A stretch of DNA of 17,528 bases from a bacterium. GTDB taxonomy: Bacteria; SAR324; NAC60-12. The translations under genes and the position numbers were made by a program. The stretch is from contig CBDBHR010000013.1 in assembly GCA_965205865.1 (NCBI GenBank), positions 1-17,528 on the forward strand, written 5' to 3'. Of this stretch, positions 16,197-17,528 are shown piece after piece (position 1 is the first letter of the stretch; every line of letters starts with the position of its first letter). Below the pieces are notes generated by a model, which was not told the origin of the DNA, did not search any database, and saw only the letters and a program-made list of their open reading frames with translations.

Positions 16197-17528
16197 CTAG
16201 AGCAGCAAGTTACGTGGGTCTGATAAGATATGGGATAAGTAGGTGGTAAAGCGGGTACCGGTTGCGCCATCGATAACTCGATGGTCATAAGAGAGAGCTA
16301 ACGGAAGTATGAGACGCGGTATAAATTCACCGTTTTCGTAAACGGGTTTCATGGCGGAGCGAGATACTCCTAAAATTGCAACTTCCGGCGCATTGACAAT
16401 GGGGGTAAAGGCCGTTCCACCGATACCACCGAGGCTGGAGATTGTAAAGGAGGCACCCTGCAAATCCTTGGGCTGTAGCTTTTTTGCTCTGGCTCTGTTG
16501 CTGACCAAACCCAATTCTTCGGCCAATTCAAACAACCCTTTGCTTTCCACTTCCCTCACAACTGGCACCACGAGCCCTTCCGGCGTATCTACCGCAATCC
16601 CGATATGGTAATATTTTTTTAAGATGAGATGTTCTCCTTCGGAATCCAGTGAGGAATTGAAAAAGGGAAACCGCTTCAGAGCCGTGACACAAGCCTTCAT
16701 AATAAAGGAAAGCATGGTGACTTTTACCCCTCGCAACTCCCCTTCGGCCTTGAGGCTTTTGCGGAATGCTTCCAGAGTCGTGATATCGGCTTCATCGAAT
16801 TGAGTGACATGGGGTACGTTGAGCCAACTGCGGTGTAAATTGGGGCCGGAAATTTTATTGATGCGACTCAGTTCCTGCTTTTCGATTTCCCCGAATTTAC
16901 TAAAATCGATATGAGGAATGGCGGGGATGCCCGTGCCGCCGCGGGGAATTCCCACTGTTTTTTCGGAGGTGGGTTGGGACAATTCACCTTTGACAAAGGT
17001 CTGTACATCCTCTTTGAGAATACGTCCTTTGGCTCCGGACCCGGTCATTCCTTGCAAATCCACTCCCAATTCACGGGCAAAACGACGCACCGAAGGACTG
17101 GCGTGAACTTCCGACTGGTCCATATCGACTACGGCTGCAGGAATAGTCGTGGTCTGTTGCAAGGGCGCTTCTAATTGAGAAGCGCTTGTTGATGCAGTAA
17201 CTTGTGATGGAACAGTGGCTTGCCGGGGTGGCGTTTCAACCGGGGGGGTGACAGGTCTTTTCATTCCGGGCTGCTTGACGCCATCAGGACTGGGAAGTTC
17301 GGGCATCACCATATCTCCTTCCTTGATGACAACAATCAGCGAACCCTCAGAAATTTTGTCTCCCATTCTGACCTTTATTTCCTCAATGGTCCCACTAACC
17401 GGAGCAGGAACTTCCATCGTCGCCTTATCACTTTCCAGAGTAATCAAGGCGTCTTCTTCATTGATTTGATCTCCAGGGGAAACCAGTACTTCAATGACCT
17501 CTACATCCCGAAAATCTCCGATATCAGG
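16197..17528 (-). CDS. aceF: Pyruvate dehydrogenase E2, dihydrolipoyllysine-residue acetyltransferase (5' partial)
   Basis: Frame is open to the window edge (PDIGDFRDVEVIEVLV...LESDKATMEVP lipoyl domain); HASPSVRRFARELG E3-binding domain; PHVTQFDEADIT, FTISSLGGIGG, LSYDHRVIDGA catalytic motif. Confidence 0.97.
   Translation of the reverse strand, partial: PDIGDFRDVEVIEVLVSPGDQINEEDALITLESDKATMEVPAPVSGTIEEIKVRMGDKISEGSLIVVIKEGDMVMPELPSPDGVKQPGMKRPVTPPVETPPRQATVPSQVTASTSASQLEAPLQQTTTIPAAVVDMDQSEVHASPSVRRFARELGVDLQGMTGSGAKGRILKEDVQTFVKGELSQPTSEKTVGIPRGGTGIPAIPHIDFSKFGEIEKQELSRINKISGPNLHRSWLNVPHVTQFDEADITTLEAFRKSLKAEGELRGVKVTMLSFIMKACVTALKRFPFFNSSLDSEGEHLILKKYYHIGIAVDTPEGLVVPVVREVESKGLFELAEELGLVSNRARAKKLQPKDLQGASFTISSLGGIGGTAFTPIVNAPEVAILGVSRSAMKPVYENGEFIPRLILPLALSYDHRVIDGATGTRFTTYLSHILSDPRNLLL

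Overview
Bacterial chromosomal window of mostly ordinary metabolic genes. In order: a frameshifted and truncated family-5 ABC substrate-binding protein gene, a molybdopterin oxidoreductase, acetoacetate-CoA ligase, a YugP-like Zn peptidase, scpB, a long-chain acyl-CoA synthetase, a Gfo/Idh/MocA oxidoreductase, an nfeD-SPFH-SPFH operon, a histidine phosphatase, and the pyruvate dehydrogenase genes aceF (partial) and lpdA. The most notable signal is non-coding: two near-identical 154/158-bp MITE-like elements (4013-4166 and 15988-16145, opposite orientation). Each has imperfect 18-bp terminal inverted repeats, its own 3-bp target duplication and a nested internal palindrome. One copy inserted into the lpdA start codon and separated it from its Shine-Dalgarno site. 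A stand-alone hairpin related to the internal palindrome sits at 1437-1479, and a probable decayed trpS 3' fragment lies at 13147-13282. No CRISPR array, RNA gene or transposase was recognised, and I see no clearly new multi-gene system. All protein calls come from motif recognition, not database searches.
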